From a virus, in the IMG/VR virus record IMGVR_UViG_3300017830_000022, positions 1-54,780 of that record: DNA of 54,780 bases, one strand, 5' to 3'. Below the pieces are notes generated by a model. It searched no databases and had not been told where the DNA came from. It was given only the letters and a program-made list of their open reading frames with translations. Position numbers and translations under genes: made by a program. Every line of letters begins with the position of its first letter. The first letter of the stretch is position 1. Shown piece after piece: positions 1-10,058 of this stretch.

Positions 1-99
1 GATTCAATTCATGTATTTGGGGGTTATGGCCTAGCGACAGGCGAACTCATCGAAATGGCAACATTTAGCCTAGGAAAACATCATGGCATCTACAGAAGC
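1..99. repeat. Exact 99-bp terminal overlap (1-99 = 54682-54780); circular-assembly signature or short terminal redundancy
   Basis: Compared base by base: first 99 nt identical to last 99 nt. Unique length 54,681 bp. Confidence 0.95.
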
Positions 100-460
100 A
101 GCAAAATCAGTTTCCGCACAACTCACCCCGACAGGGGCTGTCACTAAATATCGATTTCTTGCCCATTCGGCAACCGGTGTCACTCAGAACTCAACCGCCG
201 GGGCGCGATGTCATTACGTGTCGTGCGAAGACGCGAGTGCGACAAAACGTACAATTTCCGCTTGGATTCCAAATGGGGCGACTGTTGTGGTCGAAGCAAG
301 TGCAGCAATTACGAGGGGTTCTCCAGTAGCTTCTGCAAATGACGGCAGAGCTGTGATCGCGACGGGGCCTGCTGCGATTATGGGCTACGCACTTGAAGCG
401 TCCGCTGCGGCTGGAGAAGTGATTCGAGTCCAATTTGGCTATTGGGGGTCGTTGACCTAG
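83..460 (+). CDS. Small head decoration / capsid cement-like protein, paralog 2
   Basis: 125 aa, directly upstream of the major capsid gene. C-terminal ...AIMGYALEASAAAGEVIRVQF pattern resembles DUF2190-type decoration proteins (from memory). Clear paralog of 54326..54715 (shared AWIPNGATV core). Confidence 0.55.
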   Translation: MASTEAAKSVSAQLTPTGAVTKYRFLAHSATGVTQNSTAGARCHYVSCEDASATKRTISAWIPNGATVVVEASAAITRGSPVASANDGRAVIATGPAAIMGYALEASAAAGEVIRVQFGYWGSLT

Positions 461-518
461 GCCCGTAGATCTTTTGCTCACATAAGAGCGCTTTTCATCA
501 ATCACAAGGAAAAAAGAA

Positions 519-1574
519 ATGACCATCGGAACAGAATTTGCGCCGGCGCTCTCGCCCAAACAGTTGAGTTTTGCAAAGAATCTCCCTCCCAATCAAAGCC
601 AGGTTTTCGTTAGCTCTCCGCTAACGAATGTGGCGATCGCGTTTATTCAAGAGGAGTCGAAATTTGTTTGGAATCAAGTATTCCCGACGGTGCTCGTCGA
701 TATGCCCGCTGGGCAATACTACAGTTTGAGCGACGATGACTTCAATCGAGACGAGATGGCGCCTCGTGCTCCTGGAACAGAAGCAGTAGAGATTGGTTGG
801 GATCTAGATCCAAACAACACGTACTCCATAACACCGGACGGTGTTCGCACCAAGATTCCCGACGAAGTCATCGCGTCGCAACAGATGCCGATCGATCTAG
901 ATATGCAAGCTACGGCTCGTTTGAGCCTAGCACACAATATTCGACAAGAGAGGCGTTGGGCGGATAATTTTTTCAATTCGACAACGTGGGGGGCCGGAAA
1001 CACACGTACAGGGGTGGCCGCTGCCCCTACTAATGTACAATTTTTGCAATTCACGAATGATGACGCGGACCCGATAGGCACATTTCGAGCAGCGATGGAC
1101 GCAATTGAAGGTTCAACTGGTTTTCGACCAAATACGCTCACTGTTACGCGTGACGTTGAATCAGCGATCATCGACCATCCGAATGTTATCGCTCGTGTGA
1201 ATCGCGGCCAGACAACTGGACCCGCTCAAGCGAACATGGATGACCTTGCTCGCGTTTTGGGCCTCGACCGCGTCCTTGTGATGTCGAGTGTGGTGAACAC
1301 CGCAAAGAAAGGGGCTGCGACACAAGCCACCGCGTTCACGGCCACCAATTCTGCGCTTCTGACGTATCGCCCGACGAGCCCGGGAATTATGGTCCCAAGC
1401 TCGGGCTACTACTTCAAATGGCGTCGATTCCCAGGCGGGTCGGAGGGCGTTCGTGTGAGTCGTTGGTTTGATCAAAACACGCAGTCGACTTTGCTTCAGC
1501 TGGATTCAGCGATGGTCCCAAAACTGACCGCTGCTAAGTCCGGTATGTTTTTCGCCAACGTTCTCACTACTTAA
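519..1574 (+). CDS. Major capsid protein (HK97-fold, lambda gpE-like)
   Basis: 351 aa, between decoration and neck genes. Length and sequence pattern resemble gpE-type major capsid proteins. AAGGAAAAAAG RBS-like tract upstream. Confidence 0.8.
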   Translation: MTIGTEFAPALSPKQLSFAKNLPPNQSQVFVSSPLTNVAIAFIQEESKFVWNQVFPTVLVDMPAGQYYSLSDDDFNRDEMAPRAPGTEAVEIGWDLDPNNTYSITPDGVRTKIPDEVIASQQMPIDLDMQATARLSLAHNIRQERRWADNFFNSTTWGAGNTRTGVAAAPTNVQFLQFTNDDADPIGTFRAAMDAIEGSTGFRPNTLTVTRDVESAIIDHPNVIARVNRGQTTGPAQANMDDLARVLGLDRVLVMSSVVNTAKKGAATQATAFTATNSALLTYRPTSPGIMVPSSGYYFKWRRFPGGSEGVRVSRWFDQNTQSTLLQLDSAMVPKLTAAKSGMFFANVLTT

Positions 1575-1579
1575 GCCAG

Positions 1580-1936
1580 ATGACGCAAGAGACGAGACGA
1601 GTGGTGGCGGCATTGAGAGAGACCGTTGGACAAGCTGTTCAACGGGTTACTCTCGATATCACCGATCGTCTTATCAAAGCCACGCCTGTCGATACAGGTT
1701 TTGCTCGATCGAACTGGGTCCCCAATATCGGTGGCCCGGCGCAGACGAGTGGAGAGTTCAATGCCTCCCCCGAGCAACAAGCGGGTATTTCTGATGTCAT
1801 CGCGGCTTATCAGATCGAGGACGGACCGATTTACATCTCGAACAATACATCCTATATCGCGGCCTTGAACGCGGGTAGTTCTCCTCAGGCTCCGCCTGGA
1901 TTTGTGGAGGAGGCAATCGATGAGGTGATCGGATGA
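1580..1936 (+). CDS. Neck / tail-completion protein (HK97 gp10-like)
   Basis: 118 aa. DTGFARSNW and ...NNTSYIAALNAGS pattern match my memory of the HK97 gp10 family. Lies 5 nt after the capsid gene. Confidence 0.6.
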   Translation: MTQETRRVVAALRETVGQAVQRVTLDITDRLIKATPVDTGFARSNWVPNIGGPAQTSGEFNASPEQQAGISDVIAAYQIEDGPIYISNNTSYIAALNAGSSPQAPPGFVEEAIDEVIG

Positions 1937-2364
1937 CGGCTGTTCACGAGGCTTCGCTCGCATTTGCAAGACGGATGCAAGCGGAATGGACAGCCACACC
2001 GTTTCAACTCCCCAATGAAACGTTCGCTCCGCGCGAAGGGGAATCGTATGTTCGGCTGTTTTACCAGTACACCATTTCGAGGCAAGATTGCCTGGGCAAG
2101 CGAACGGTTACGCGAAGAGGACGTTTGTTTTTTCAGATCTACACATCGATCGACATCGGTGTTGCGGGCACACGAGCGACGCCCGATTCTCCGGCCGTGC
2201 CCAACAAGATTGATGATCTTACTTCCCTTGCATTGGGTCTTTTCGAACAAGTATCTTTTGATGGGATCAGCACAGAAGCCGCCGTTCCGCAGCAACTAGG
2301 CCGCGAGGGCCGTTGGTACAAGACCAACATCTCAATCCCTTTTACCTTTCAGGACACCAAGTAA
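1933..2364 (+). CDS. Putative tail terminator (gpU / DUF4128-like)
   Basis: 143 aa, ATGA overlap with the previous gene, directly before the tail tube gene. Family call is from memory only. Confidence 0.45.
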   Translation: MTAVHEASLAFARRMQAEWTATPFQLPNETFAPREGESYVRLFYQYTISRQDCLGKRTVTRRGRLFFQIYTSIDIGVAGTRATPDSPAVPNKIDDLTSLALGLFEQVSFDGISTEAAVPQQLGREGRWYKTNISIPFTFQDTK

Positions 2365-3882
2365 ATGGCACAAGTACGCACCAATACTGTAGGACTCTCT
2401 CATGCTGCAGAAGATCCGGCCAACGTCGGCACCGTGGCGACACCACCCATTTGGGTCGTAGATGAGCCAAATGATATTGGCGAGGCTGGTCAACAAAACG
2501 TATTCCTTAATCGTGAGCCGATCAGTGCGACACGCCAGAACAAAAAAGGTAATGTCATTGATGCTACGGCAGCGGTTGGATTTCAGACGGATGCCACGCT
2601 CTATAATCTGCGTGAATATGTGCCGTGCTTCATATTCTCGAAAAGCGCAGTAACGGGTGCGACTTCGTTGTTGGCCGAGCCTGTTCGACGCCCGACGTCG
2701 AATACAGCGACGGAGTTCAATGTGCCCAGCGGTGTGGTGCTTCCTGTCAATACGCTTGTTGTGGGTCGAGGGTTTAACGCCGTTGCGAACAATGGCCTCC
2801 ATGTCGTGAATGGCACGCCGAGCGCAACAACAATTCCAGTCGCAACGACGCTTACCGGTGGCAATGTGGCGCCTGCGGACAACTCAACGGTAGAAGTTGC
2901 GGGCTTTCGAGCAGATAGTGGCGATCTTGCGATTGCCGCCCCGGCGAACGGGCAGGTTGTTCTTTCGTCCACGACACTCGATTTCGAGACACTGGGCCTC
3001 ACAGCTGGACAACAGATCCACATTGGTGGTGTCGAAGCAACGAATCAGTTTGCCTCGGTCAAGGGATTTGCGCGAGTTGTGTCAGTGGAAACTAACGCAC
3101 TTACGCTTGATCGCTTGGATGAAGATCTGGATGGGGCAGATGCGGGCGCAGGAGTTCAAGTTGACCTTTTGTTTGGTGAATTTTTCCGGAATGTGGCCGC
3201 GACGGATGACGATTACGAAGCACGTTCGCTCACGTTTGAGATTGAATACCCAAATCTCATTGCCGAAGGAACGCCGGGCTACGAATACGTTCGTGGTAAC
3301 TTTTGTAACGAGCTGTCGATCAGCCATGAGCTTGAAGATAAAGCGACGATGGATTTGGCATTCGTGGGGACGACTGCGATTGCCACAGGAACACGACTCA
3401 CAGGTGCAGACGCTCCTCGTCGTGTTACCCAGCAGGGTTTTTTCAACAACGCGAATCAGTTTGTGGATATCCAGTTCCTTAATTCTGACGGCGAGGTGAT
3501 CACGGATTGTGTGAAGTCGCTGACGATTACTCTGGGCAACTCGGTCACAGAAGAGAAATGTCTTGGCACACTTGGTGCGGTTTCGACAAACTTCGGCAAC
3601 TTCACCGTCTCTGTTTCGATGGTGGCGTGGTTCGATAGTTTGCGAGGAGTTGATGCTGTCATTAACAACGAGACCGTTTCATTGTCCTATGGTATGCGCA
3701 ACCCTGATGGTGGCTTTTGGCTGGACATCCCATCCATGTCTCTGGGCGATGGTTCGAAGAACTTTCCGCGAGATGAGACAGTGACAGCAAACTACGAAGG
3801 CACCGCCTTCGAAGATCCCATTCTGGGCACATCGATTGGATTTTCGATCTTCCCGATTCTACCAGAACTTGACGTCACGTAG
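2365..3882 (+). CDS. Major tail (tube) protein, unusually long
   Basis: 505 aa. Synteny: immediately upstream of the G/GT chaperones and tape measure. Confidence 0.65.
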   Translation: MAQVRTNTVGLSHAAEDPANVGTVATPPIWVVDEPNDIGEAGQQNVFLNREPISATRQNKKGNVIDATAAVGFQTDATLYNLREYVPCFIFSKSAVTGATSLLAEPVRRPTSNTATEFNVPSGVVLPVNTLVVGRGFNAVANNGLHVVNGTPSATTIPVATTLTGGNVAPADNSTVEVAGFRADSGDLAIAAPANGQVVLSSTTLDFETLGLTAGQQIHIGGVEATNQFASVKGFARVVSVETNALTLDRLDEDLDGADAGAGVQVDLLFGEFFRNVAATDDDYEARSLTFEIEYPNLIAEGTPGYEYVRGNFCNELSISHELEDKATMDLAFVGTTAIATGTRLTGADAPRRVTQQGFFNNANQFVDIQFLNSDGEVITDCVKSLTITLGNSVTEEKCLGTLGAVSTNFGNFTVSVSMVAWFDSLRGVDAVINNETVSLSYGMRNPDGGFWLDIPSMSLGDGSKNFPRDETVTANYEGTAFEDPILGTSIGFSIFPILPELDVT

Positions 3883-3914
3883 AGGGGCGGCATAATCGGG
3901 CCCAGGAAACCCCG

Positions 3915-4370
3915 ATGTTTGAATTTCTACACAAATACGAGATCCCCAAAGACATCACTGCGAAGTTCAAGATTCCTTTCATTGGGAAGGACTTGAACTT
4001 TGTGTTGATCGTTCGTCCAGCAATCGCAGAACACAACTCAGCCTATCTTAATGAGATTGACCGCGTGACGATCAAGCGCTTGAAGGACGTTGACGGTAAA
4101 ACGTCAGACCGTGGCCCATTCCAGATCAAAGTCGAAGAGCATCGGAATCTGATTCCAATTTACGCCAAGACAATCGTCGTTGGGTGGGAAGGTGTGCACG
4201 ATACGGACGGGAATGAAGTCCCGTTCACTGCGCAGCACGCCCAGGAATTGCTTCAGCAGGTCCCGACAGACGCATACAAGCTGCTCGTTCGTTTCTGCGA
4301 ATCCCGTGAAAATTTCTTGCTGCCCGATGTGTTGACTGAAGCGGAAGCGGAGGTCGCGGCAAAAAACTAG
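3915..4370 (+). CDS. Tail assembly chaperone (G-like)
   Basis: 151 aa, upstream of the tape measure. Ends ...EVAAKN* with a slippery heptamer over its last codons. Confidence 0.75.
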   Translation: MFEFLHKYEIPKDITAKFKIPFIGKDLNFVLIVRPAIAEHNSAYLNEIDRVTIKRLKDVDGKTSDRGPFQIKVEEHRNLIPIYAKTIVVGWEGVHDTDGNEVPFTAQHAQELLQQVPTDAYKLLVRFCESRENFLLPDVLTEAEAEVAAKN

Positions 4371-4747
4371 TCAACCGGCTCCGTTACGAAACTTGGTACC
4401 GCAAGCATGCGGCTTGGGTAGTCAAGGAGAAGAAGAAGCGGGGTCGGCCGATACCTCATCACATTCAACGCAAGATCGACGAACAACCTCCGGTACCGCA
4501 AGGCGCCTCGTGGATCTTGTCGGCGTTTGACGATCTGGCGACATGTCGGATCTATCACGGCTATGGACATGGCCCCATTCCGTGGAGCGCTATTTATCAG
4601 TATGCTACAATGCGAGGGATGGAACCGGATCTGATGAGAGCTTTTTCACGGATGATCCGCGTGTTGGATAATCGTTGGCTTGGGGACAACGCTCCTAAAG
4701 CCAAGATGGATTCGAAGGGTGGCGGGAAGAAAGGGGTCGGTAAGTAG
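3915..4747 (+). CDS. Tail assembly chaperone fusion (GT-like) via -1 frameshift, join(3915..4367,4367..4747)
   Basis: Predicted ~277 aa with junction ...EVAAKN|LVNRLRYETWYRK.... This is the conserved G/GT strategy of long-tailed phages. The T frame ends 1 nt into the tape measure start. Confidence 0.65.
4361..4367 (+). promoter_or_regulatory. Programmed -1 ribosomal frameshift slip site A_AAA_AAC
   Basis: Zero-frame codons are AAA 4362-4364, AAC 4365-4367, TAG 4368-4370. The -1 frame, translated by hand, is open from 4367 to the TAG at 4745-4747. Confidence 0.7.
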
Positions 4748-7700
4748 TGGTTGATTTTCCCGTCAATGTTGTCGTTGACCCAGGACGAGCGAATCGTGGT
4801 ATTCGTCAAGTCGATCGTGGGTTAGGTGGGCTAGAAGGCCGCGCTAATCAGCTGGGTGCGGCTTTTACTCGTGCTTTTGGGGCCCTGGCTGGCGGTGTTG
4901 CGCTTGGCGAAACGGTCCGTATCGTTGCGGATTTTTCTCAAGAGCTTTCAACGGTTCGGGCGGTCACAGGCGCGACGGAACAAGAATTTGCCCGTTTGTC
5001 GGCCACTGCCCAAGAGCTGGGGTCGACGACTCGGTTTAGCGCGACACAGGCAGCGGAGGGCTTGACCTTCCTCGCGCGCGCGGGCTTTTCCGCAGAAGAG
5101 GCGATCGACACAATCGATGACACGCTCAACCTTGCCCAGGCGGGGGCGTTGGACTTGGGCCGTGCTGCAGATATCGCGTCGAACGTTCTTACGGCATTTC
5201 GTTTGGACACGGCTGAGGCGGCTCGTGTGGTGGATGTATTGGCGCTTGCGGCCAACTCCGCAAATACTGACGTCAATCAGCTAGGCGACGCGATGCGATT
5301 CGTGGCGCCTGTTGCCGCGGGCCTCGGGGTAGACCTGGAAACGGCGACAGCTGCAGTCGGTGCGCTGTCTGACGCAGGTCTTCAAGCCAGCATGGCAGGC
5401 ACGGGCCTTCGTCGGGTATTGACGGAATTGGAGAGTCCGGCAGCTCGAACGCGAGAGATTCTCGCTTCGCTAGGCGTCAGTACAGAAGAAGTCCGAATTA
5501 GCCAAGTCGGGCTTGTTGACGCTCTGGAAGCGCTAGCTCGTTCTGGAATCGATACTGGCTTGGCGCTCGAGCTCTTTGGGGATCGTGGCGGCCCAGCATT
5601 TGAAGTCTTGCGAACGGCGATTCCGCGTATTCGGGATTTGACCGTTGCGCTCGATAATTCGGAGGGCACTGCGGAAAGCGTCGCACGTATCATGGACGAC
5701 AACCTGAATGGTGCGCTGTTGTCTGTTCGAAGTGCGTTCGAGGGGTTGGTCTTGGCGATTGGGCAAAGTGGCGCAACGGGAGCGTTACGTGATGTTCTCG
5801 AAGCTGTCGCAGATGGGCTTCGTTTTTTGACAGAGAATGCAGGCACACTGGTCAACATTGGCGAGACATTGGCAATCGTGCTCGGCGTTCGTTTGGCAAA
5901 TCAAGTTGTGCCTGCGTTGACGGCTAGGTTTATTGAACTTGGTTCGTCGATTCGGAGGAATCCTCTTGGGGCTATTGCTACTGTAGCCACTGTTGCCAGT
6001 GCGGCTCTGTTTGCGTTTTCTGAAGAAATCACTCTTGTTGAAGGCTCTGTTGAGAGCCTCACCGCGCGAGCGGAAGAGTTCGGTGCTTTTGAGATTCCTG
6101 ATATCGACGTGGATGCGCTTACGTCATCAGTTGATGATGCGTCAAATAGTCTTGATCAGTTTCAATCATCGATTGATGACATCGATGCGGATGCTTTTAC
6201 ATCTCAAGTTGTAGATGACTTGAATATCTTGCGTCGCGCGCTTGTCAATACAGGAACAGATATCACTACTTTGAACCAGTCATTTGCAGATGATTCGGCA
6301 AATCAATTGGTCATGAGACTTCGCGATCTTCGTGTGGCCGTTGAGGGGACGGAGCTTGGTGATCTACGCCAAGCTTTACTTGATGCGGAAGATGGGGCAG
6401 AAGCGCTCAATCGAGCTAATTTCGATTTAATTGGTGGGTTCAGCGAGCTTACAGGTGAGCAGCGTGTGGTACTGCAAGGTCTTGGCTTACTACAGCAGAA
6501 TACTGTGACTCTGGGTGATTTCTTTGCAGCACTGGGGAACACAGCTCCCTTAGCCTTCCAGAATATTTTGACCTCATCGGCGGCAGCCGTCACAGGGACG
6601 ACTCGAGACTTCAACGAGATCTTGACTGAAGGCGCGCGCCTTGTCGATCGACTGTCGGCTGGTTTCATTCTCTTGGGCCGAACAGTGGGCATTGTGACGG
6701 CGGAGATTCTTATTTCATTCCTCCGCCCAATCGAACAGATTGGCGAAGCGTATGAGAACGCTTTCGAAGCAATCCGGTTGGTGGGTGAAGGAGAATTTGC
6801 AGATGCAGGTCGAGCTTGGGCGCGAGCAGCTATCGCTGGGAATACGGCTATCTTTGCGACGGAGCGACCAGACTTTAGCCGGTTGACGGACGCGCTGCTG
6901 GAAGAAGTAGAAGAGCTTAGTGATTTTAGCTTTTTTGGTGATCTTTTCGAACGGACGCAACAAGAAGCGAGAGAGATTGCAGCGTTGCGGATCCAAGCGC
7001 CCGAGGTTCCCGGCATGCCTCGTGGGCCGTCAGCAGAGATTGAGGCGATGGCCGCAATGGAAGCTGCCGCTGCGGATGCTGCCGCTGAACGTGCCCGTGC
7101 ACTACAAGATGTGATTGATGCTCTCGTGCAAGAAGGCGAACTTCTCCAGTTGAATAACCGTGAGCGGGAGATTCAAGCGGAGCTACTTCGTATCATTGAT
7201 GATTTTCGAGAAGAAGGGCGTGAACTTACTGGTGTTGAGCAAGCGGAAATTGAAGGATTGCTACGAGGCAATCAACTTCGAGCAGATCAAGCGATGCTAC
7301 TTGAAGAGATCAACCGTGAAGAAGAGCAGGCCAACATTCGTCGTCGCGCTCGTTTGAATCTACTTCAGCAGAATTTGATCACAGAAGAACAGTTTAACGA
7401 AGTCTTCGAACGTTCGCTTGATGAGCTTGAGCGAGAAGCTCAGCTTCTACGCCAATCAAATCGTGAACGTGAAATCTCGAATCAACTTCGGCAGATCGAA
7501 GCGGACGCCGTTGCAAGCGGGGCGCAGCTTACACAAGGCCAACGCGATGCGTTGGAACTTCGGTTACGAACAAATCAAGCGCTCGAAGATGAGGTTCGGT
7601 TGCGTGATATGGTGGTCGGCTCGCAAGAAGAAGCCGCCCGGCAACAAGCCGCACTTAATCGACTTATCGTTCAGGGTGGGGAGAATGTCGAAGATTATGA

Positions 7701-8403
7701 AGCCGCACTCACCGAGCTCCGCGTTCGCACGGATGAGGACTTAGCCGCAGCGCTCCAGTTGGGTCAGACTCTTTTCTCGAGTTTGACGGAGGAACTCGTC
7801 AGTTTCACCACGACTGGAACTGCGAGCTTCGAACGATTCGTCAACAGCATCATCGCGAGCCTCACGCGACTCGTTGCCCAGCAGGCATTGATCGCTGCCG
7901 CCCAAGCTCTGGGCGGTGAAGGAGCGGGCGGTGTGATTGGGAGCATCATCGCGGGCGCGCGGGCTGAGGGCGGTCCCGTCGGCGGAGGCCGAACGTTCCT
8001 TGTCGGCGAGAAGGGGCCCGAGCTTTTCGTTCCGCAGCGCAGCGGTTTCATCATTCCCCACGACGAGACCGAGCGTTGGCTTCGAGCGACTCCGCGGCAG
8101 ACGGGTGGCCCCGTACAGGCTGGGCGAGATTTCCTCGTCGGCGAAGCAGGCCGGGAACTTTTTGTAAGTCGAGGCACGAATGCAGATCTTGTTGACGAGA
8201 ATTTACGGTCTCGTCGAATAGAGGCCGCGTTAAATCAGCAAGCACCCGTAGTTAATTTACAGCCTCAGAATGTCACGGTGCTTAATGTGACCGATGAGCA
8301 GGCAGCATTGGACGCTATCTCGACTTCCAACGGAGATCGGGTAATCGTGAATTCGATCGCGAAAAATAGCGAATCGATTCGGCGAACACTGGGGATTACT
8401 TGA
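4747..8403 (+). CDS. Tape measure protein
   Basis: 1218 aa, the largest ORF of the tail module. Helical Ala/Leu-rich N-half, E/R/Q-rich coiled-coil repeats, duplicated C-terminal FLVGExGxELFV motif. GTG start. Confidence 0.9.
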   Translation: MVDFPVNVVVDPGRANRGIRQVDRGLGGLEGRANQLGAAFTRAFGALAGGVALGETVRIVADFSQELSTVRAVTGATEQEFARLSATAQELGSTTRFSATQAAEGLTFLARAGFSAEEAIDTIDDTLNLAQAGALDLGRAADIASNVLTAFRLDTAEAARVVDVLALAANSANTDVNQLGDAMRFVAPVAAGLGVDLETATAAVGALSDAGLQASMAGTGLRRVLTELESPAARTREILASLGVSTEEVRISQVGLVDALEALARSGIDTGLALELFGDRGGPAFEVLRTAIPRIRDLTVALDNSEGTAESVARIMDDNLNGALLSVRSAFEGLVLAIGQSGATGALRDVLEAVADGLRFLTENAGTLVNIGETLAIVLGVRLANQVVPALTARFIELGSSIRRNPLGAIATVATVASAALFAFSEEITLVEGSVESLTARAEEFGAFEIPDIDVDALTSSVDDASNSLDQFQSSIDDIDADAFTSQVVDDLNILRRALVNTGTDITTLNQSFADDSANQLVMRLRDLRVAVEGTELGDLRQALLDAEDGAEALNRANFDLIGGFSELTGEQRVVLQGLGLLQQNTVTLGDFFAALGNTAPLAFQNILTSSAAAVTGTTRDFNEILTEGARLVDRLSAGFILLGRTVGIVTAEILISFLRPIEQIGEAYENAFEAIRLVGEGEFADAGRAWARAAIAGNTAIFATERPDFSRLTDALLEEVEELSDFSFFGDLFERTQQEAREIAALRIQAPEVPGMPRGPSAEIEAMAAMEAAAADAAAERARALQDVIDALVQEGELLQLNNREREIQAELLRIIDDFREEGRELTGVEQAEIEGLLRGNQLRADQAMLLEEINREEEQANIRRRARLNLLQQNLITEEQFNEVFERSLDELEREAQLLRQSNREREISNQLRQIEADAVASGAQLTQGQRDALELRLRTNQALEDEVRLRDMVVGSQEEAARQQAALNRLIVQGGENVEDYEAALTELRVRTDEDLAAALQLGQTLFSSLTEELVSFTTTGTASFERFVNSIIASLTRLVAQQALIAAAQALGGEGAGGVIGSIIAGARAEGGPVGGGRTFLVGEKGPELFVPQRSGFIIPHDETERWLRATPRQTGGPVQAGRDFLVGEAGRELFVSRGTNADLVDENLRSRRIEAALNQQAPVVNLQPQNVTVLNVTDEQAALDAISTSNGDRVIVNSIAKNSESIRRTLGIT

Positions 8404-10058
8404 TGCATCAAAACGGAACGGTTGCGGATTTTCGCGCACTAATTACGGCGATCGAAGCCATCGCTGAGGCGCGGCATATGTCGTTTGCAACAATCACGAG
8501 CGGGGGTGTGAATTATGTGGTGGGGGACTTAGTTAGCCCAGCTACCGGATCTACGTCTCGGCCGGCGTTAGTTGAGGTTGTGGCGATTGGCGGAGGCGGG
8601 GCCGCCACTGAAATCCGGATCCGAAACAATGGTGCCTATGTGGCCGACCCAACAAACGGAACGACCACCGGCGGCTCGGGCTCGGGATTGATTCTTGGTA
8701 TCACGATGCGAGATACAGGATGGTCCGTGCTTCGTCGCCCGCGAATGCTGGCTAGCACCGAAGCAACTGGACTTCAAGGCACGGGCTATCAAGTCGGCGA
8801 CATCCTCACACTGACCGGTGGCGTGGTCGGTTCGCTTGGCCGAGCAGCCACCGTCCAAGTCGATTCTCTGGGCACGGGCGGCGGAGTTATGGAAACGTCT
8901 GTCGTAGATGCTGGATATTACGAGGTCCAGCCCGTCCCTGCTTTCACCAATTCGTGGCGCACATCCGGAGGTTCGGGCACAGGAGCTCATGTTCGTGCAA
9001 TTTGGACAAACCGCAATAACGAAGACGGGACATGGGTGTTTCAAGGCCCGCCACTCGGCACAGACCCGACGCTTATGGCAGGCACCCCACCGCCTGTTCC
9101 GCCAGGAGCTCCGATCCCACCGCTGCCCACTCTTCCTGGCCGAGCTCTTGGAGCGATTCGGACATATGTTCAAGGACCTGTCTCGGGTTTTGCATTGGCT
9201 GGTATGATTCATCATGACGATGGGGAAGATGTCGCGACTCTGTCGAATGATTGGAGCCCAGCCTTTCGCGGTGATACGATCGATACTTCAGGTTCATTCG
9301 TCCCGCTCACGGATGGTACAGGTGGAACGAACCCAATCCAATTCTGGCTTTCGATCAGCGAGCGAAGAATTTTTTGCGTAGCCAAATGCTCAGACGCAAC
9401 GACAACACGATACTTGTCTTTCCATCTTGGGTTGCTTGACCCGTATGGCACGAACAATCAACAACCCTATCCGTTCTACGTGTTTGGATCGTGCCCTCGC
9501 CCAGATACAGAATGGGATGCGCCGAAAACAGGCATAACCGCACGTTCAATCACAGGGCCTACCGTTTGCTATGGGGTTGTCTCACGGAACGGGCCCGGAT
9601 GGATTTTCAATCGCACGCAAAACATCTGGCAAGATGTGAAGAACGGGCTGGTGGATGAGATCCGAGCTGATGTCGCTGAACAGCAAGATCGTGTGGTGAT
9701 CCCATTCGGACGACCTGATCTTCCGCTCGTTGAATCGAACGTTACTGCTTCAACGCTCTTCTCAATCTCGCAAATGCGTAGCATTGATAGCCTCACGTCT
9801 CCGCCGATACGCCCTATTATTGGTACTCTAGAGATTGGTGAGCTAAGCCCACATCGCCCGATGTTCCCTGTCTCGATTGCGATTGGAGGCAGCTCGCCTG
9901 AACTCCGTGGCGAAATGAGGAGCATTTTCTGGGCGCCGTTCGATAACTCAGCAAATCCGGAGGACCACATCATTGCAGATGGCGTTCGAATCAACCTATT
10001 CCCTAACGGGTCCACCGATAATCGAACGCATCATTTCTTTGGAATGGAGGAAAGATAG
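8400..10058 (+). CDS. Tail-associated structural protein, function unknown
   Basis: 552 aa, ATGA overlap with the tape measure. The N-half has two ~50-aa G/V-rich modules (VNYVVGDLVSP...; GYQVGDILTLTGG...). No family recognised. Confidence 0.4.
   Translation: MMHQNGTVADFRALITAIEAIAEARHMSFATITSGGVNYVVGDLVSPATGSTSRPALVEVVAIGGGGAATEIRIRNNGAYVADPTNGTTTGGSGSGLILGITMRDTGWSVLRRPRMLASTEATGLQGTGYQVGDILTLTGGVVGSLGRAATVQVDSLGTGGGVMETSVVDAGYYEVQPVPAFTNSWRTSGGSGTGAHVRAIWTNRNNEDGTWVFQGPPLGTDPTLMAGTPPPVPPGAPIPPLPTLPGRALGAIRTYVQGPVSGFALAGMIHHDDGEDVATLSNDWSPAFRGDTIDTSGSFVPLTDGTGGTNPIQFWLSISERRIFCVAKCSDATTTRYLSFHLGLLDPYGTNNQQPYPFYVFGSCPRPDTEWDAPKTGITARSITGPTVCYGVVSRNGPGWIFNRTQNIWQDVKNGLVDEIRADVAEQQDRVVIPFGRPDLPLVESNVTASTLFSISQMRSIDSLTSPPIRPIIGTLEIGELSPHRPMFPVSIAIGGSSPELRGEMRSIFWAPFDNSANPEDHIIADGVRINLFPNGSTDNRTHHFFGMEER

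Noticed and set aside
4856-8245. Nested and antisense ORFs within the tape measure gene (e.g. 6303..7016 -, 7764..8177 -).
   Set aside because: They lie fully inside a 1218-aa ORF with clear tape measure features and are Ser/Arg/Ala-rich, as is typical of GC-rich antisense frames.
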